Shown here one piece after another: positions 24,420 to 36,062 of a stretch of 64,000 bases of DNA. The stretch's first letter is position 1. Every line of letters starts with the position of its first letter. The position numbers and the translations under genes were made by a program. The stretch is from contig CAVWCX010000004.1 in NCBI GenBank assembly GCA_963753595.1, positions 1 through 64,000 on the forward strand. Reading direction: 5' to 3'. The DNA comes from Candidatus Methanoperedenaceae archaeon (GTDB taxonomy: Archaea > Halobacteriota > Methanosarcinia > Methanosarcinales > Methanoperedenaceae). The notes beneath the pieces were generated by a model. The model saw nothing but the letters and a program-made list of their open reading frames with translations. It was not told the origin of the DNA and searched no databases.

Positions 24420-24650
24420 AAAAGCCATATTGGAAATAGAATGAGAATTTCCAAGTTTCCAGGGCGTAAAGGTCCTGTGACCAAATATGGTCTAAAAGGA
24501 AGTGGCTCGACTGGGATTTCACCCGGAAGGGGTGCAGTGAGAAAGCGCATGGTGCGCAATCTGCGGCAAAGCAATCGCAAATGTTTGTGTTGCAAGGGTG
24601 CTGCAGGCCCTGTGGAAATCACCAAGGGTCAGCCCATCAACCCGTTCATG
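24420..24650. other. Candidate structured non-coding RNA
   Basis: GC-rich island with several hairpins and no convincing ORF. Confidence 0.3.
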
Positions 24651-24696
24651 ATTTCTTTTATATTATTTCCTGCTTCTAATCTCTTAAACAAGGCAG

Positions 24697-25227
24697 TTAT
24701 TTTACCAGGCCAAATTCCATATTTCTAATGATATTATTTTCATCTTTGAACCGATATTCTCTCTGGTTTCGATTTCCTCTTCGAATAAGTATATTCTCCC
24801 TGGACATCCTTGCAAGGTATGTAGATACCGTACTGAGACCTATTTTCCCATAAACCGAATCATATTGTTTTTTTACGTCAAGAGATGTGAACCATACCCT
24901 CGGATATTCAAATCTTAAGAACATTTCCAATCTCTCTTTTAAGGTCAATGTCTTTGATCCGCTGATATTGTTCGTGATCGGGGGTGGAACAACAGTTCCT
25001 GTTTTTGAAGCCGCAAGAATGAATTTCATCGCGGATATTACAGGAAATTCACCCTCAAATTCGGCATCTGCCCTTGTTCCGTCATCCCTGACAAGATGAA
25101 TTTGCACTTCATCAGCCTCTATTGAATTAAGGTAAGCAACTGCAAGGTCAATGCATTCAGGACCTTTATAATTTATACTGCAAGCGTTTGTTCCTTCGAT
25201 TTCAAGCCTTATTTTCATAATCCTCAA
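24697..25227 (-). CDS. Protein with C-terminal winged-helix DNA-binding domain (start probably ATG 25218)
   Basis: WFTSLDV...GLSTVSTYLARM...RRGNRNQREY wHTH pattern. Confidence 0.75.
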   Translation of the reverse strand: MRIMKIRLEIEGTNACSINYKGPECIDLAVAYLNSIEADEVQIHLVRDDGTRADAEFEGEFPVISAMKFILAASKTGTVVPPPITNNISGSKTLTLKERLEMFLRFEYPRVWFTSLDVKKQYDSVYGKIGLSTVSTYLARMSRENILIRRGNRNQREYRFKDENNIIRNMEFGLVK

Positions 25228-25520
25228 AAAATTGGAGGACTGTCCGACCCATCGAGACGGACAGTTTTACATCCGGATTTCCCCTCCGATGTTTCCTTCT
25301 TGGTGAAATAGTGTTCAGTTTGTGAACGACATGTGAATAGATGTAACTATTAGTATATATACTTTTCACTAGAAATAAAGCTTGAAAGATGTATTTATTA
25401 AATAGAGTAAAAATAATGGATATTTTTAATAAATATAACTTATTATTGACTTTTTCTATAATTTGTGTTATCATAATGTTTAATATTTAATTAAATCCAT
25501 TAATTGTACTCAAATTATTT

Positions 25521-25541
25521 CTCCAGTAGAAACGAAGGGGT
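25521..25541 (+). promoter_or_regulatory. ORB-like (Orc1/Cdc6 binding) element
   Basis: CTCCAGTAGAAACGAAGGGGT matches the ORB consensus TCCAGTGGAAAC..GGGG including the G-string, inside an AT-rich intergenic region. Confidence 0.5.
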
Positions 25542-25747
25542 ATGCATTATTTTAGCTTAATACACTTATTCACAAATTTTTTTGAAAAATATTGTTTAAT
25601 AATGTCTATATTCATTATATTGACAAGCCACAGAGTTGCACAGGCATGAAGTGCTAAATAGTCTATATCCTCGTATATTCATACTAATAAACTGGATAAT
25701 CTATTTTAATAATCACACTAAAGTAAGCTTTAGACAGGTGAACCAGT

Positions 25748-27709
25748 ATGGCTGAAAACACAATAGAATCTTTACAGGATGAAAAACGCATCTTCAATCC
25801 GCCTCCTGAATTCAGTAAAAAGGCGCAAATAAAAAGTTTTGATGAATATAAAGAAATATACAAACAATCGATCAGCGACCCCGCATCATTCTGGGAAGGG
25901 AAAGCACAGCAGCTTGAATGGTTCAAGAAGTGGGAAAAGGTCAATTTCTGGGATCCTGAAAAAGCCATTTGCCGCTGGTTCGAGGGTGGAAAACTGAATG
26001 CATCATACAATTGCCTTGACAGGCATCTTTCCGGGCGTGGGGACAGGTTCGCTCTTTTATGGGAGGGTGATGGCGGTGAAACACAACGATTCACATATAA
26101 ACAATTATATACGGAAGTCTGTAAATTCGCAAATGTATTAAAGAACAAAGGGGTGAAAAAAGGGGATAGAATAGCGATTTATCTGCCCATGATCCCCCAG
26201 CTTGTGATCTCAATGCTTGCCTGCTCAAGGATCGGAGCCATTCACAATGTTGTATTTGCGGGTTTTAGCGCTGATTCCCTCAAAGACCGTATCCATGACA
26301 GCTCATGTTCATTTGTGATAACGGCTGATGCTGGTTTCAGGGGAGGCAAATCTGTTCATCTCAAGGAAAGTGTTGACAGGGCGATAGATGGCAATGACAA
26401 AAACACTGTTAACACTGTTATTGTTTTTGATCGGGCTGGCACCAAAGTGAATATGAAGGAAGGCCGTGATTTCTGGTGGCACGAAGAAATAAAAAATGCA
26501 GGCGCTGAATGTAAATCCGAAGTGATGGACGCTGAAGATCCGCTGTTCATCCTGTATACAAGTGGAAGCACCGGAAAACCAAAAGGTGTGCTTCACACCA
26601 CTGGCGGATATTTATTGTATGTGATGCAGACTTTCAAATGGATATTTGATTATCGTGATGAAGATCTTTATTGGTGCACTGCTGACATAGGATGGATAAC
26701 CGGCCACAGTTATATCGTGTATGGTCCTCTTGCAAGCGGAGCAACAAGCCTGATGTTTGAAGGTGTTCCTAATTATCCAGAGCCTGACAGGTTCTGGGAA
26801 CTTGTCGAGAAATACAAAGTGACGATTTTCTATACTGCTCCGACGGCAATCAGGGCACTTGAGCGAAGCGGGGATAAGTGGCCCAAAGGAAGGGACCTGT
26901 CAAGCTTACGGCTTCTTGGGACGGTGGGTGAGCCTATAAATCCCGAAGCATGGATGTGGTACTATAACGTGATCGGGAACATGCGATGCCCTATTGTGGA
27001 TACCTGGTGGCAGACCGAGACCGGAGGCATCCTGATCACTGCTCTTCCCGGGGCAACACCACTTAAGCCCGGTTCTGCGACGTTTCCTTTTCCTGGAATT
27101 GAGCCGATGGTCGTGAAAGCGGATGGAACGCAAGCGGGTATTAATGAGGGCGGGCAGCTTGTGATAAAGAAGCCCTGGCCAGGGATGATGAGGACGGTTT
27201 ACGGCGACCACCAGCGCTTTATCGAGAAGTATTTTGCCCAGTTCCCGGGACTGTACCAGACTGGTGACAGCGCCCGTAAGGATGAGGATGGGTATTTCTG
27301 GATAATGGGACGAATAGACGATGTTATAAAGGTTTCAGGACACAGGCTTGGCACCGCTGAGATCGAGAGTTCCCTTGTTTCCCATAATGCAGTGGCTGAA
27401 GCGGCTGTGGTGGGTTATCCCCATGATATAAAAGGAGAAGCAATCTACGCATTTGTAACGCTTAAAGAAGGTGTAACAAAGAACGCTGAACTAAAAGCTG
27501 ATCTTGTCACTCATGTCAGGAATTCGATTGGCCCTATTGCAAAGCCTGAGAAGCTCCAATTCGCGGATGCGCTTCCCAAGACGCGCTCTGGAAAGATAAT
27601 GAGGCGCATATTAAGGAAAATCGCATCAGGCGATATCCATGACCTCGGGGATGTTACTACGCTTGCTGATCCATCTGTTGTTGAAGTGCTTGTGGAGGAG
27701 AGGGAGTAA
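25748..27709 (+). CDS. acs: Acetate--CoA ligase (AMP-forming)
   Basis: [35 protein letters not shown]. Confidence 0.97.
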   Translation: MAENTIESLQDEKRIFNPPPEFSKKAQIKSFDEYKEIYKQSISDPASFWEGKAQQLEWFKKWEKVNFWDPEKAICRWFEGGKLNASYNCLDRHLSGRGDRFALLWEGDGGETQRFTYKQLYTEVCKFANVLKNKGVKKGDRIAIYLPMIPQLVISMLACSRIGAIHNVVFAGFSADSLKDRIHDSSCSFVITADAGFRGGKSVHLKESVDRAIDGNDKNTVNTVIVFDRAGTKVNMKEGRDFWWHEEIKNAGAECKSEVMDAEDPLFILYTSGSTGKPKGVLHTTGGYLLYVMQTFKWIFDYRDEDLYWCTADIGWITGHSYIVYGPLASGATSLMFEGVPNYPEPDRFWELVEKYKVTIFYTAPTAIRALERSGDKWPKGRDLSSLRLLGTVGEPINPEAWMWYYNVIGNMRCPIVDTWWQTETGGILITALPGATPLKPGSATFPFPGIEPMVVKADGTQAGINEGGQLVIKKPWPGMMRTVYGDHQRFIEKYFAQFPGLYQTGDSARKDEDGYFWIMGRIDDVIKVSGHRLGTAEIESSLVSHNAVAEAAVVGYPHDIKGEAIYAFVTLKEGVTKNAELKADLVTHVRNSIGPIAKPEKLQFADALPKTRSGKIMRRILRKIASGDIHDLGDVTTLADPSVVEVLVEERE

Positions 27710-27779
27710 TTGGGGTACTTTTTATTCCCATACCCAAAACCGATAATTCTATTAATCATGTAATTAATCAAAGCAGAAC

Positions 27780-30347
27780 ATGGAACTTCCAAAAGAATAC
27801 GATTATAACACTATCGAAGAAAAATGGCTGGATACATGGCAGGATTCCATGTACTATTTTGAATGGGACTCGGAAAAACCCCAGTTCATAATCGACACCC
27901 CGCCGCCATATCCGACCGGGAATTTCCATATAGGCAATGCTCTTAACTGGTGTTATATCGATTTTGTGGCGCGGTACAAAAGGATGCGCGGCTTTAATGT
28001 GATGTTCCCGGAAGGCTGGGACTGTCATGGTCTTCCCACTGAAGTGAAAGTGGAAGAAAAACACGGCATCACTAAAAGCCAGGTTTCAAGGGAAGAATTC
28101 CGGCGCATGTGCGTGGAACTGACCGAAACAAATATCGGGCGGATGAGAAAGAGCCTGCGCCGCCTTGGTTTTTCCATAGACTGGAGCAATGAATACATAA
28201 CGATGGAGCCGGCTTATTTCGGCAAGACCCAGCGATCATTTGTGCAGATGTACCAGAGCGGCATGATATACCAGCAGAACCATCCTGTTAACTGGTGCCC
28301 GCGCTGCGAGACCGCAATTGCTTTTGCTGAGGTGGAATATGATTCCCGGACAACCCTGTTGAATTATCTTAATTTTGATAAGCTGAAAATAGCAACAACA
28401 AGGCCTGAACTTCTGGCTGCATGCGTTGCAGTTGCTGTTAATCCTGATGATGAAAGGTACCGGGAATTTGTGAATACAGAAGTAAAAGTGCCTGTTTTCG
28501 GTCATAATGTAAAGGTCATTTCTGATAAGAGCGTTGACCCAACATTCGGTACGGGCGTTGTCATGATATGCACTTTCGGTGACAAGCAGGACGTCCGGTG
28601 GTGGGTTGAACATAAGCTCCCGCTTCGAAAAGCGATCGACAAAACAGGAAAGATGACCGACCTTGCCGGAAAATTCGCCGGGATGAGCTCAGGGGAATGC
28701 AAGAAAGCCATAATCGAGGATATGAAGAATGCGGGGATACTATACAAACAGGAAGAACTTCCACAGAACGTGGGTCTGTGCTGGCGCTGCAAGACCGCGA
28801 TCGAAATACTCTCCGAAAGACAGTGGTTCGTGAAAATAATACATGATGATATCCTGAATACCGCTAACGAGGTCAAATGGATCCCGGATTACATGAAAGT
28901 AAGGCTTGAGAACTGGACAGGCACTATGGAATGGGACTGGTGCATTTCAAGGCAAAGGATATTTGCCACGCCCATACCGGCATGGTATTGTTCAGGATGC
29001 GGGAAGACAAAAGTAGCAAAAGAGGAATGGCTTCCGCTTGATCCCACACAAACACAGCCGCCTGAATCCTGTGAATGCGGCGCAAATGAATTTAAGGGAG
29101 AACCTGATGTCCTTGACACATGGATGGACTCCTCAATTTCTGCACTTCATGTATCTGGCTGGCTCAGCGATCATCCGCTGCTTTTGCCGGCACAGCTTCG
29201 CCCGCAGGGGTATGATATCATCCGTACATGGTCTTTTTATACAATTTTAAGGGCCCATGCGCTTCTTAATAAAAGACCATGGGATACCATCCTGCTAAAC
29301 GGCATGGTGCTTGGTGAGGACGGGCACAAGATGAGCAAATCCCGCAATAACTTCGTTATACCAGAAGAAGTTATCACAAAGCATGGCGCAGATGCGTTCA
29401 GGCAGTGGGCAGCTATTGGCGGAACGACTGGTTCTGACATTATTTTCTCATGGAAAGATGTTGTCGCAGGCTCGCGCTTTTTGCAGAAATTATGGAGCAT
29501 CGTGCGGTTCTCATTGCCGCATATTTCAGATAAACCTGCAAACCTCACACCCATAGACCTGTGGCTTCTTAGCAAATTGAACCGGCTTGTAAAAGAAACC
29601 ACGGAAAAGATGGATGCTTACCAGTTCGATGAAACTTTTAAAGCCATAAGAGGGTTTACATGGGATGTGCTTGCAGATAATTATATTGAGCTTGCAAAAT
29701 CAAGACTTTATGGGGAAGGGGAAGGAAAAAATGCAGCGCAGTATACGCTGTATGTGGCTATTGAGACCATTTCACGGCTTTTGGCTCCGTTTTTGCCCTA
29801 TTTTTCCGAAGAGATCTATTCACATATAAAAAAGGAAAGTGTGCATCTATCTCCATGGCCTGTGGTTTTTGAATCGCTTATCGATTCCGATGCTGAAGCA
29901 AGAGGTGAATTAATAAAAGAGATGACTTCTGCGATAAGGCGTTATAAAGCAGAACATGGTATGCCGTTAAATGCCCCGCTTAACGAAATTGAGATATATT
30001 CCACTATACCTGATGCATCCGATATCGCCGGCGCTGCCAATTCCGCGATCAAACTCAAACAGGGAGCGCCGGATTTTGAGCTTGTGCCAAAAGAGATAAA
30101 ACCGAATATGAAGGTGCTTGGCAAAACCTACAGGAACAGGGCAAAATCAATTGCAGAGGCGCTTGTAAATGCTGATATGAACCTTGCAGGGTCCGGAAGT
30201 ATTACACTGCAAGTAGATGGCGAGGAAATTACTCTTGATGCATCATGTTTTACTCTTGAAAAGGAAAGGCTTTTTAAAGGGAAAGCAGTGGATGTTCTCG
30301 AAGTTGGAACTTCTACGATCGTAATTATGCGTTCACAATCTTTATGA
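27780..30347 (+). CDS. valS: Valine--tRNA ligase
   Basis: [24 protein letters not shown]. Confidence 0.97.
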   Translation: MELPKEYDYNTIEEKWLDTWQDSMYYFEWDSEKPQFIIDTPPPYPTGNFHIGNALNWCYIDFVARYKRMRGFNVMFPEGWDCHGLPTEVKVEEKHGITKSQVSREEFRRMCVELTETNIGRMRKSLRRLGFSIDWSNEYITMEPAYFGKTQRSFVQMYQSGMIYQQNHPVNWCPRCETAIAFAEVEYDSRTTLLNYLNFDKLKIATTRPELLAACVAVAVNPDDERYREFVNTEVKVPVFGHNVKVISDKSVDPTFGTGVVMICTFGDKQDVRWWVEHKLPLRKAIDKTGKMTDLAGKFAGMSSGECKKAIIEDMKNAGILYKQEELPQNVGLCWRCKTAIEILSERQWFVKIIHDDILNTANEVKWIPDYMKVRLENWTGTMEWDWCISRQRIFATPIPAWYCSGCGKTKVAKEEWLPLDPTQTQPPESCECGANEFKGEPDVLDTWMDSSISALHVSGWLSDHPLLLPAQLRPQGYDIIRTWSFYTILRAHALLNKRPWDTILLNGMVLGEDGHKMSKSRNNFVIPEEVITKHGADAFRQWAAIGGTTGSDIIFSWKDVVAGSRFLQKLWSIVRFSLPHISDKPANLTPIDLWLLSKLNRLVKETTEKMDAYQFDETFKAIRGFTWDVLADNYIELAKSRLYGEGEGKNAAQYTLYVAIETISRLLAPFLPYFSEEIYSHIKKESVHLSPWPVVFESLIDSDAEARGELIKEMTSAIRRYKAEHGMPLNAPLNEIEIYSTIPDASDIAGAANSAIKLKQGAPDFELVPKEIKPNMKVLGKTYRNRAKSIAEALVNADMNLAGSGSITLQVDGEEITLDASCFTLEKERLFKGKAVDVLEVGTSTIVIMRSQSL

Positions 30348-30390
30348 ACTTAGGTTACACATTAAAGTTTTAATATCCTGGTGAATTATT

Positions 30391-30639
30391 ATGTCAAATC
30401 TAAAAATAGTTGTAAATAATAATCCAAAAATCTTTGGATCAATAATGTTCATTATCGGCGCCTTATCACTATCATGGGCACTAAAATTGTTATTAGAGGC
30501 TATGTCTCCACCTTATATGCTGAAGTATTTAACACAGACATCATTATTGATATACATTGGATCACTCATTATCCTTTTATTGATATCTTATAAACTGTTA
30601 TCTAAAAGTTATATTATATTGACCCCTTTCCTGAAATGA
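30391..30639 (+). CDS. Small 2-TM hypothetical protein
   Basis: ORF after GGTGA, two hydrophobic segments. Confidence 0.5.
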   Translation: MSNLKIVVNNNPKIFGSIMFIIGALSLSWALKLLLEAMSPPYMLKYLTQTSLLIYIGSLIILLLISYKLLSKSYIILTPFLK

Positions 30640-30786
30640 AATGATCAAAAACAAGGCGACGAGTTTTTCAGGACTACAAAGTCTTCCTGTTAAACCATGA
30701 TGTATAGAAGTAGTACTATGGGTGGAAAGTATAATTATGTATTCAATGCTTATGATAATGTTTATATTGATTATTATATTTTAATC

Positions 30787-32236
30787 CTTAACTCCGCCCA
30801 ATTTGTGTAATATTTTTTAGAAAACTGTCAACACATACCGTAATCTTTATATATTTGTATTACGTATATACGTAATATTATGACTCATCCGGATTGGGTA
30901 TTGAAACACAAAACAAAAGGGACAGAAATAAGAAAACTCGGAAAGTACTATTATCTCTACAAAATCAGAAGCGAATATGACAAAGAAAAGAAACGGGCCA
31001 AAAAGATCACAGAAAAATTTCTTGGCAAAATAACAGAAGAAGGACTCATAAAACCAAAACATGAAAGGACAATAGAATCACGGAAAAATATTAGTGTAAA
31101 AGAGTTTGGAGCATCACGATTCATAGCTAATGAATCAAAAGATATCATCCAAAACCTGAAAGAAGTGTTTCCAGATATATGGAAGGAGATATTCACATTC
31201 GCAGCATTTCGTTTTTTCTCATCATCACCACTAAAGAATGTTCAAAATCATTACCAGAGTTCTTACTTATCTGACATCATACCCGATGCAAAAGTATCTC
31301 CCAAGACACTTAGCAACATACTTCACGCAATAGGGCAGCAAAGAGATCTTATCAAGAAATTCCTGTCAAAATACATAGCACAAGATGAATGTATGGCGGT
31401 TGATCTCACACATGTTTTCTCTCTTTCAGAAAATGTGATATCAGCTACTTTAGGTCGAAATTCAGAAAAGGAACTACCTCCCGCAAATAAATCTTTTTTT
31501 GCTTTTTTCACTTGATCGAATGCAGCCGATATTTTATAGACTTGTTCCCGGTTCGATAAGGGACGTTTCCAGTTTGCTTTTATCCATGGAAGAATCGAAG
31601 GTGAAGGACATTATTTTGGTGGGAGACAAGGGTTTCTATTCTGCAGACAATGCGAAAGAATTGGAAACAAAGAAAATAAGGTATATTTTACCTCTGAAAA
31701 GGAATAGTCAGTTCATCGATTACTCACCTCTAAAACAGGCCGGAAGAAAGCAGTTTGATGGTCATTTTCTTTTTGAGAACCGAGTGATTTGGCATTATGA
31801 ACGTGTATTAGATGGGAAAAGGATAGTTACATTCCTGGATAACTTTTTGAAAGTGGAAGAGGAACGTGATTTTTTAATAAGGGTGAATGAAGGAAAGCTC
31901 AAGATAGAAGAGTTTCATGAAAATGATAGTAAGTTTGGCACAATATCGATAATTACAGGATTGGATTTGTCCCCACAGAAAATTTTCGAGTTGCTGAAAA
32001 GCCGTGTTGAGATCGAGGTTACTTTTGACACATTTAAAAATGTGTTGAATGCAGATCGCAGTTATATGAGAGATGATTCCGCAATGGAAGGATGGATGTT
32101 TGTGAATTTTGTCGCTCTACTTCTTTATTATAAGGTTTATGGATTGCTACTTTCCAGGGATATTTTAAGCAGATGTTCACCAAAAGATGTTATTCTACAT
32201 CTATCAAGAGTGTTCAATTCATATAGATTTAAATAA
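30787..32236 (+). mobile_element. IS1634-like (IS4 superfamily) element; transposase 30880-32236 frameshifted at ~31473 and apparently 3'-truncated
   Basis: YLY..YDKEKKRAK N-terminus, DDE residues (AVDLT, VGDKGFYS, RVEIEVTF); putative left end CTTAACTCCG at 30787 with no matching right end seen. Confidence 0.8.
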
Positions 32237-32339
32237 CTTGAAATCTTGATAGATAATTCCTGAAAGAGATTATGAAAAAAAAATTATTAATCAAATGATA
32301 ATTAAACAATTAAATAAATATAATCTGGGGTGATTTAAC

Positions 32340-33278
32340 ACGAGAGTTGCTGTAATAGGTGGTGGCGCCATGGGGCAGCACCATATAAGAATATACAGGG
32401 AAATGAAAGACGTAGAACTTGTGGGGATATGTGATACAGACATGAACAGGGCTGTTTCACTGGCTAAGGCAAATAATACCACACCATATTTTGACCACAA
32501 TGAATTGTTAAAACAGGACCTTGATGCAGTAAGCGTGGTAGTGCCAACGACTTTTCATTCAAAGGTTGCGCTTGATGTTATTAATTCGGGAATTCATTTG
32601 CTGGTCGAAAAACCTATTGCTGATACCCTTGAAAATGCTGATACAATGATAAATGCCGCACGTGATGCAAAGGTAAAGCTGATGGTAGGACACATCGAAA
32701 GATTTAATCCCGCGGTCTCAAAACTAAAAGAGATCGTAGATTCCGGTATGCTCGGCAAGATAGTGTCCATTTCTTCAAGACGGGTCGGGCCATTCAATCC
32801 CCGAATACGTGATGTTGGGATAATAATGGATCTTGGTGTACATGATATTGATGTTATTTCATATCTTTACGGCCGAAAGATCAATGAAGTTTATACGATA
32901 GCAGGCAAAGATATTCATTCATTCGAAGACCATGCATCAATCCTTTTAAGATGCGATACAAATCTTTCGGGAATGGTAGAAACAAACTGGTTGACACCCC
33001 ATAAAATACGGAATCTTACTGCAATAGGATTACAGGGTGTTGCATATCTTGATTATATTAAACAGACAGTGGAATTGCATGATGAATCCTGGGTACGCAC
33101 GGCCAAGGTTGAACCAAAAGAGCCTTTAAAGAATGAACTGGAGCATTTCATAAAATCCATTAGGGATAACACAGCTGTAATTTCCAATGGGGAAACAAGC
33201 AGGCATGCCCTTGAGGTAGCAATGGCTGCAATTGAATCATATCAACAAAAGAAGGCAATAGGAATAGCTAAAAAATAA
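32340..33278 (+). CDS. Gfo/Idh/MocA oxidoreductase (UDP-GlcNAc(A) 3-dehydrogenase-like); apparent ACG start
   Basis: RVAVIGGGAMG Rossmann motif, LVEKP, GHIERFNP, DLGVHDID. Confidence 0.9.
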   Translation, partial: TRVAVIGGGAMGQHHIRIYREMKDVELVGICDTDMNRAVSLAKANNTTPYFDHNELLKQDLDAVSVVVPTTFHSKVALDVINSGIHLLVEKPIADTLENADTMINAARDAKVKLMVGHIERFNPAVSKLKEIVDSGMLGKIVSISSRRVGPFNPRIRDVGIIMDLGVHDIDVISYLYGRKINEVYTIAGKDIHSFEDHASILLRCDTNLSGMVETNWLTPHKIRNLTAIGLQGVAYLDYIKQTVELHDESWVRTAKVEPKEPLKNELEHFIKSIRDNTAVISNGETSRHALEVAMAAIESYQQKKAIGIAKK

Positions 33279-33307
33279 ATTTTTATATATATACAAAATA
33301 TAAAAAT

Positions 33308-34735
33308 TTATTTATTGCATATTTCGTGATAGTTCTTATCTCCCCTGCCAATCCCTTTATACACAAATCCTTCCTTGATGAAAGCATCCGGGTCGATCAC
33401 ATTTCTACCATCGATTATGACAGGATGCTTATGCCCTGATAATTTCTTTATGGCACTTGCTTTAAGATTTAAATATTGTTTATGTCCTGTAAAAAGAACT
33501 ATCGCATCTGCTCCTTTAATACTCTCTTCAATGTCCTGGAAAATTTCAAGGCTGCCATCCCGGGACACATAAGGATCGTGTATAGTAACTTTGGCGCCAT
33601 CTTTTTCCACCATATCTAAATATGGTTCAGAAGGCGTGTTTCTCGTATCGTCAGAGTTATTGATAAAAGCCCAGCCAAGTAATGCTATTTTTGAACCTTT
33701 GATTTTCTTCCCTATACCTGTTAATCCCTCATTTGTAAGATTATACATATGCTGGGGCATGAAATCATTTATTTTTCGTGCAAGGACATAAAGGGACTCT
33801 GAATCCGCAGGGTAATCCAGTTTTGAACCTGATATTTTAACTCCTCTTTCAAGATGATAAGTATCTTTTGTTAAACAATGCCCTCCGACACCTGCGCCCG
33901 GGTAGAGGATGGCTCTTGTTATTCCATCGCCTTTTAGGCTGTCAATACCTGTCCTTACATCATAGACATTTATTCTCATAGCTTCGCAATAAAGAGCTAA
34001 TTCATTGATGGCAGCGATTTGTAAATCCCTGAATGTATTCTCAGCAGTCTTTGTTACCTCGGCTGCAGTTGAATCCATGGCTATTATTTTGCCTTTGGTG
34101 AGGACGGGGGTATAAAGTTCAACTGCGCGGTCTGTACTTTCCTTATTTATCCCGCCAACTATCCTGTCGTGTTCCTGGATATTGCGTATCAGCCTTCCAA
34201 CCATCACTCTTTCAGGAGCATGGGCAAGCGCGAAGTCTTCACCAGGTATAAGACCGGATTCTTCCTTCAGGATATCTGCGGCAAAATTTTTGGTAGTTCC
34301 AGGTGTTATCGTTGACTCAAGTACTACAAGAATTCCCTCGTTGAGGTACTTTCCGATCTGGCGGATTCCTTCTTCCAGCGCGCCAAAATCAGGTTCAAGC
34401 TCCCCCTTATCCTTAAATGGTGTCTGGATGGCAAGTGTGACTGCATCCACGTCTTTAATTTTTGAAAAATCAGATGTGCTTTCAAATTTACCCTGTGAAC
34501 GGACTTTTTTGATCAGTTCCTCAAGTCCGGGTTCTTCTCCTTTAAGCGGGCTTATTCCATTATTTAGCATTTCGATTTTATAACCTGAACTCTGGGATGC
34601 TCTCTGGAAACCCCATACAAAATCAAACTTTTCTGCAAATAGAACCGCTGATGGGATCCCCACATAGCCCATTCCGATCACGCCAACTTTGCGGATATGG
34701 CCTTTTTTTCTTAATATTTGTCCGAGATTACTCAT
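33308..34735 (-). CDS. Nucleotide-sugar dehydrogenase (UDP-ManNAc/GlcNAc dehydrogenase family)
   Basis: GMGYVG, LEST, PER, GVGGHC, DGRN. Confidence 0.92.
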   Translation of the reverse strand: MSNLGQILRKKGHIRKVGVIGMGYVGIPSAVLFAEKFDFVWGFQRASQSSGYKIEMLNNGISPLKGEEPGLEELIKKVRSQGKFESTSDFSKIKDVDAVTLAIQTPFKDKGELEPDFGALEEGIRQIGKYLNEGILVVLESTITPGTTKNFAADILKEESGLIPGEDFALAHAPERVMVGRLIRNIQEHDRIVGGINKESTDRAVELYTPVLTKGKIIAMDSTAAEVTKTAENTFRDLQIAAINELALYCEAMRINVYDVRTGIDSLKGDGITRAILYPGAGVGGHCLTKDTYHLERGVKISGSKLDYPADSESLYVLARKINDFMPQHMYNLTNEGLTGIGKKIKGSKIALLGWAFINNSDDTRNTPSEPYLDMVEKDGAKVTIHDPYVSRDGSLEIFQDIEESIKGADAIVLFTGHKQYLNLKASAIKKLSGHKHPVIIDGRNVIDPDAFIKEGFVYKGIGRGDKNYHEICNK

Positions 34736-34913
34736 AGTATCGTTGAATTGATCGTTCTAATATTAAATTTTAGTATCGCATTATAATTAATATAGGGTAA
34801 ATATGGGCTAAAAGCGTTATCAAGAAGGTTTTTCTAATTATTTTCCACTTGAAATGAGCATAAAACCAAAATGGAAAGATGTTACTCAGCCTAAAGGCTA
34901 ATATATTTGTAGG

Positions 34914-35639
34914 ATGATTATCGTTATTATGATTGACAGTTTATTTTTATATGGGATAGAAGAATCTGTTGGAATTCATATAATCCTATCAAATCTCTTC
35001 TGGTGGACATCGTTAATTCTGGTCGTTACAGCATACAAGAACCGGCGTATCTGGAATGTGGGTGAAATGCCATGGACATTCCTGTTCCTGACATTTTTAT
35101 TTTTCGGGATACGTGAATTGGGACATTTTTCCAAAACACCTTTTTTAGACTCAATAAGATATATTTTTGGCATAGGCTCTGCAATATTCCTGACATCCGC
35201 ATTAATTTTCATATATATGAAATTATACAAAAGAAAAATTGCATCTAAATCTATGAGTTTTATTCCGTTCATATTTGCCCTTATATTTCCGATCCTTTTA
35301 ATTTACCTGTATTTTTCCGGAATGAAAACCGAAACTATAAAAAATATTTTTTTTAACCTGGAAAATATTATTTGGATATTAGGGGGCTCAATAATAGTAT
35401 ATACAACTTATATGCTTGGAACTAAATCAACTGGAGATTTTGTTAACGTTTTTATGTTTTTCCAATTCGCAGCTATTTTTGCCATTTTATGGAAATTCCT
35501 TGGTTTAATAGGCAGCATCAGTTGCCCCATTCCATATTCAATCCGTGAATTCATGGAAACATTATTTGGAGTATGTGCAATAATCGCAGTGTATATCCTT
35601 GAAAGAATGTTAAGAAAATTATCCATACACATTTCATAA
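34914..35639 (+). CDS. Multi-pass (~7 TM) membrane protein, putative sensor
   Basis: About seven hydrophobic helices with intramembrane RELGH; no cytoplasmic output domain. Confidence 0.7.
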   Translation: MIIVIMIDSLFLYGIEESVGIHIILSNLFWWTSLILVVTAYKNRRIWNVGEMPWTFLFLTFLFFGIRELGHFSKTPFLDSIRYIFGIGSAIFLTSALIFIYMKLYKRKIASKSMSFIPFIFALIFPILLIYLYFSGMKTETIKNIFFNLENIIWILGGSIIVYTTYMLGTKSTGDFVNVFMFFQFAAIFAILWKFLGLIGSISCPIPYSIREFMETLFGVCAIIAVYILERMLRKLSIHIS

Positions 35640-35644
35640 CGAAA

Positions 35645-36010
35645 ATGACTACAAAAGCGGAATTATATTTACAAACACTTTCGGAATTGGAAAATTCCAC
35701 TGGAGATATTATCTCTACAGCTATTGTAACGCTTGACGGGCTTATTATGGCAAGCACAAGATCGGATACCATGCACAGGGAAATATTTGCAGCTTATGGA
35801 GCGGCTGCATTCAAACGTGCAGGTGAAACCATGGAAGAACTGACTGGTGAAAATATTGATGTGTTAATATATGAGTCAAAAAACCACATGGCTGTGACCG
35901 TTCGGGCAGGAAAGCAAGCACTATTGATAGTCCTTACCGGAAAGAATGTCCAGATGGGGCTTGTGCTGATGAATGCCCAGAAGACTGCTATGAAGATAAT
36001 AGAAATATAA
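35645..36010 (+). CDS. Roadblock/LC7 domain protein
   Basis: AIVTLDGLIMAS, AAYGAAA, NVQMGLV pattern, 121 aa. Confidence 0.88.
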   Translation: MTTKAELYLQTLSELENSTGDIISTAIVTLDGLIMASTRSDTMHREIFAAYGAAAFKRAGETMEELTGENIDVLIYESKNHMAVTVRAGKQALLIVLTGKNVQMGLVLMNAQKTAMKIIEI

Positions 36011-36062
36011 GTTAACATTGCCGAACACAACTAAGAGCAAAAAATGGTTATTAATCAATCAT

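Noticed and set aside
24515-24540. CCCGGAAGGG resembling SRP RNA helix 8
   Set aside because: Lacks the flanking CAGG/AGCA internal loop and a recognisable Alu domain
24286-24728. Three overlapping 77-95 aa ORFs
   Set aside because: No recognisable motifs, mutually overlapping on both strands, no clear SD
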